Source: Candidatus Gottesmanbacteria bacterium (GTDB lineage: Bacteria > Patescibacteriota > Microgenomatia > UBA10105 > UBA927). From it: 64,000 bases of DNA. This document shows positions 64,000-64,000 of this stretch, piece after piece. Position numbers and translations under genes: made by a program. Numbering within the stretch: the stretch's first letter is position 1; the number at the start of each line of letters is the position of its first letter. Where the stretch lies: NCBI GenBank assembly GCA_963714095.1, contig OY970230.1, positions 70,206 to 134,205 of the forward strand, written 5' to 3'. Under the pieces are notes generated by a model that worked only from the letters and a program-made list of their open reading frames with translations, was not told the origin of the DNA and did no database searches.

Positions 64000-64000
64000 G

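Overview
Bacterial genomic window, genetic code 11, most likely a Patescibacteria/CPR (Microgenomates-like) genome (inferred from gene style and content). It has four parts. (1) 1-4945: end of a surface-glycan cluster plus a secreted protein. (2) About 4970-27576: an AT-rich ~22.6 kb integrative, probably mobilizable element. It carries a large serine recombinase, a VirD4-like ATPase, a replication-relaxation protein, DUF2958, a type I R-M system, two Schlafen/AlbA_2 proteins, a MauJ/HEPN-like protein, a PLD nuclease and an XRE regulator; many of these genes carry indels. (3) A small AbiEii toxin-antitoxin islet and tRNA-Lys. (4) 28.9-64 kb: intact core genes (rplS, a de novo pyrimidine operon, F1Fo ATP synthase, dnaE, gatCAB, murT/gatD, htpX/lemA, polX, three more tRNAs, glycosyltransferases). 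The main leads are these. First, the element's crossover appears to lie inside the integrase reading frame, so excision would swap the integrase C-terminus and translationally couple it to a PLD nuclease. Second, a 15-bp candidate operator is shared by the XRE gene and the integrase promoter. Third, the pyrimidine operon has no carbamoyl-phosphate synthetase but is headed by two extra carbamoyltransferases (ArgF and a YgeW-like enzyme) and by a pyrL-like leader-peptide attenuator. All family assignments come from motif recognition by eye; no searches were run.
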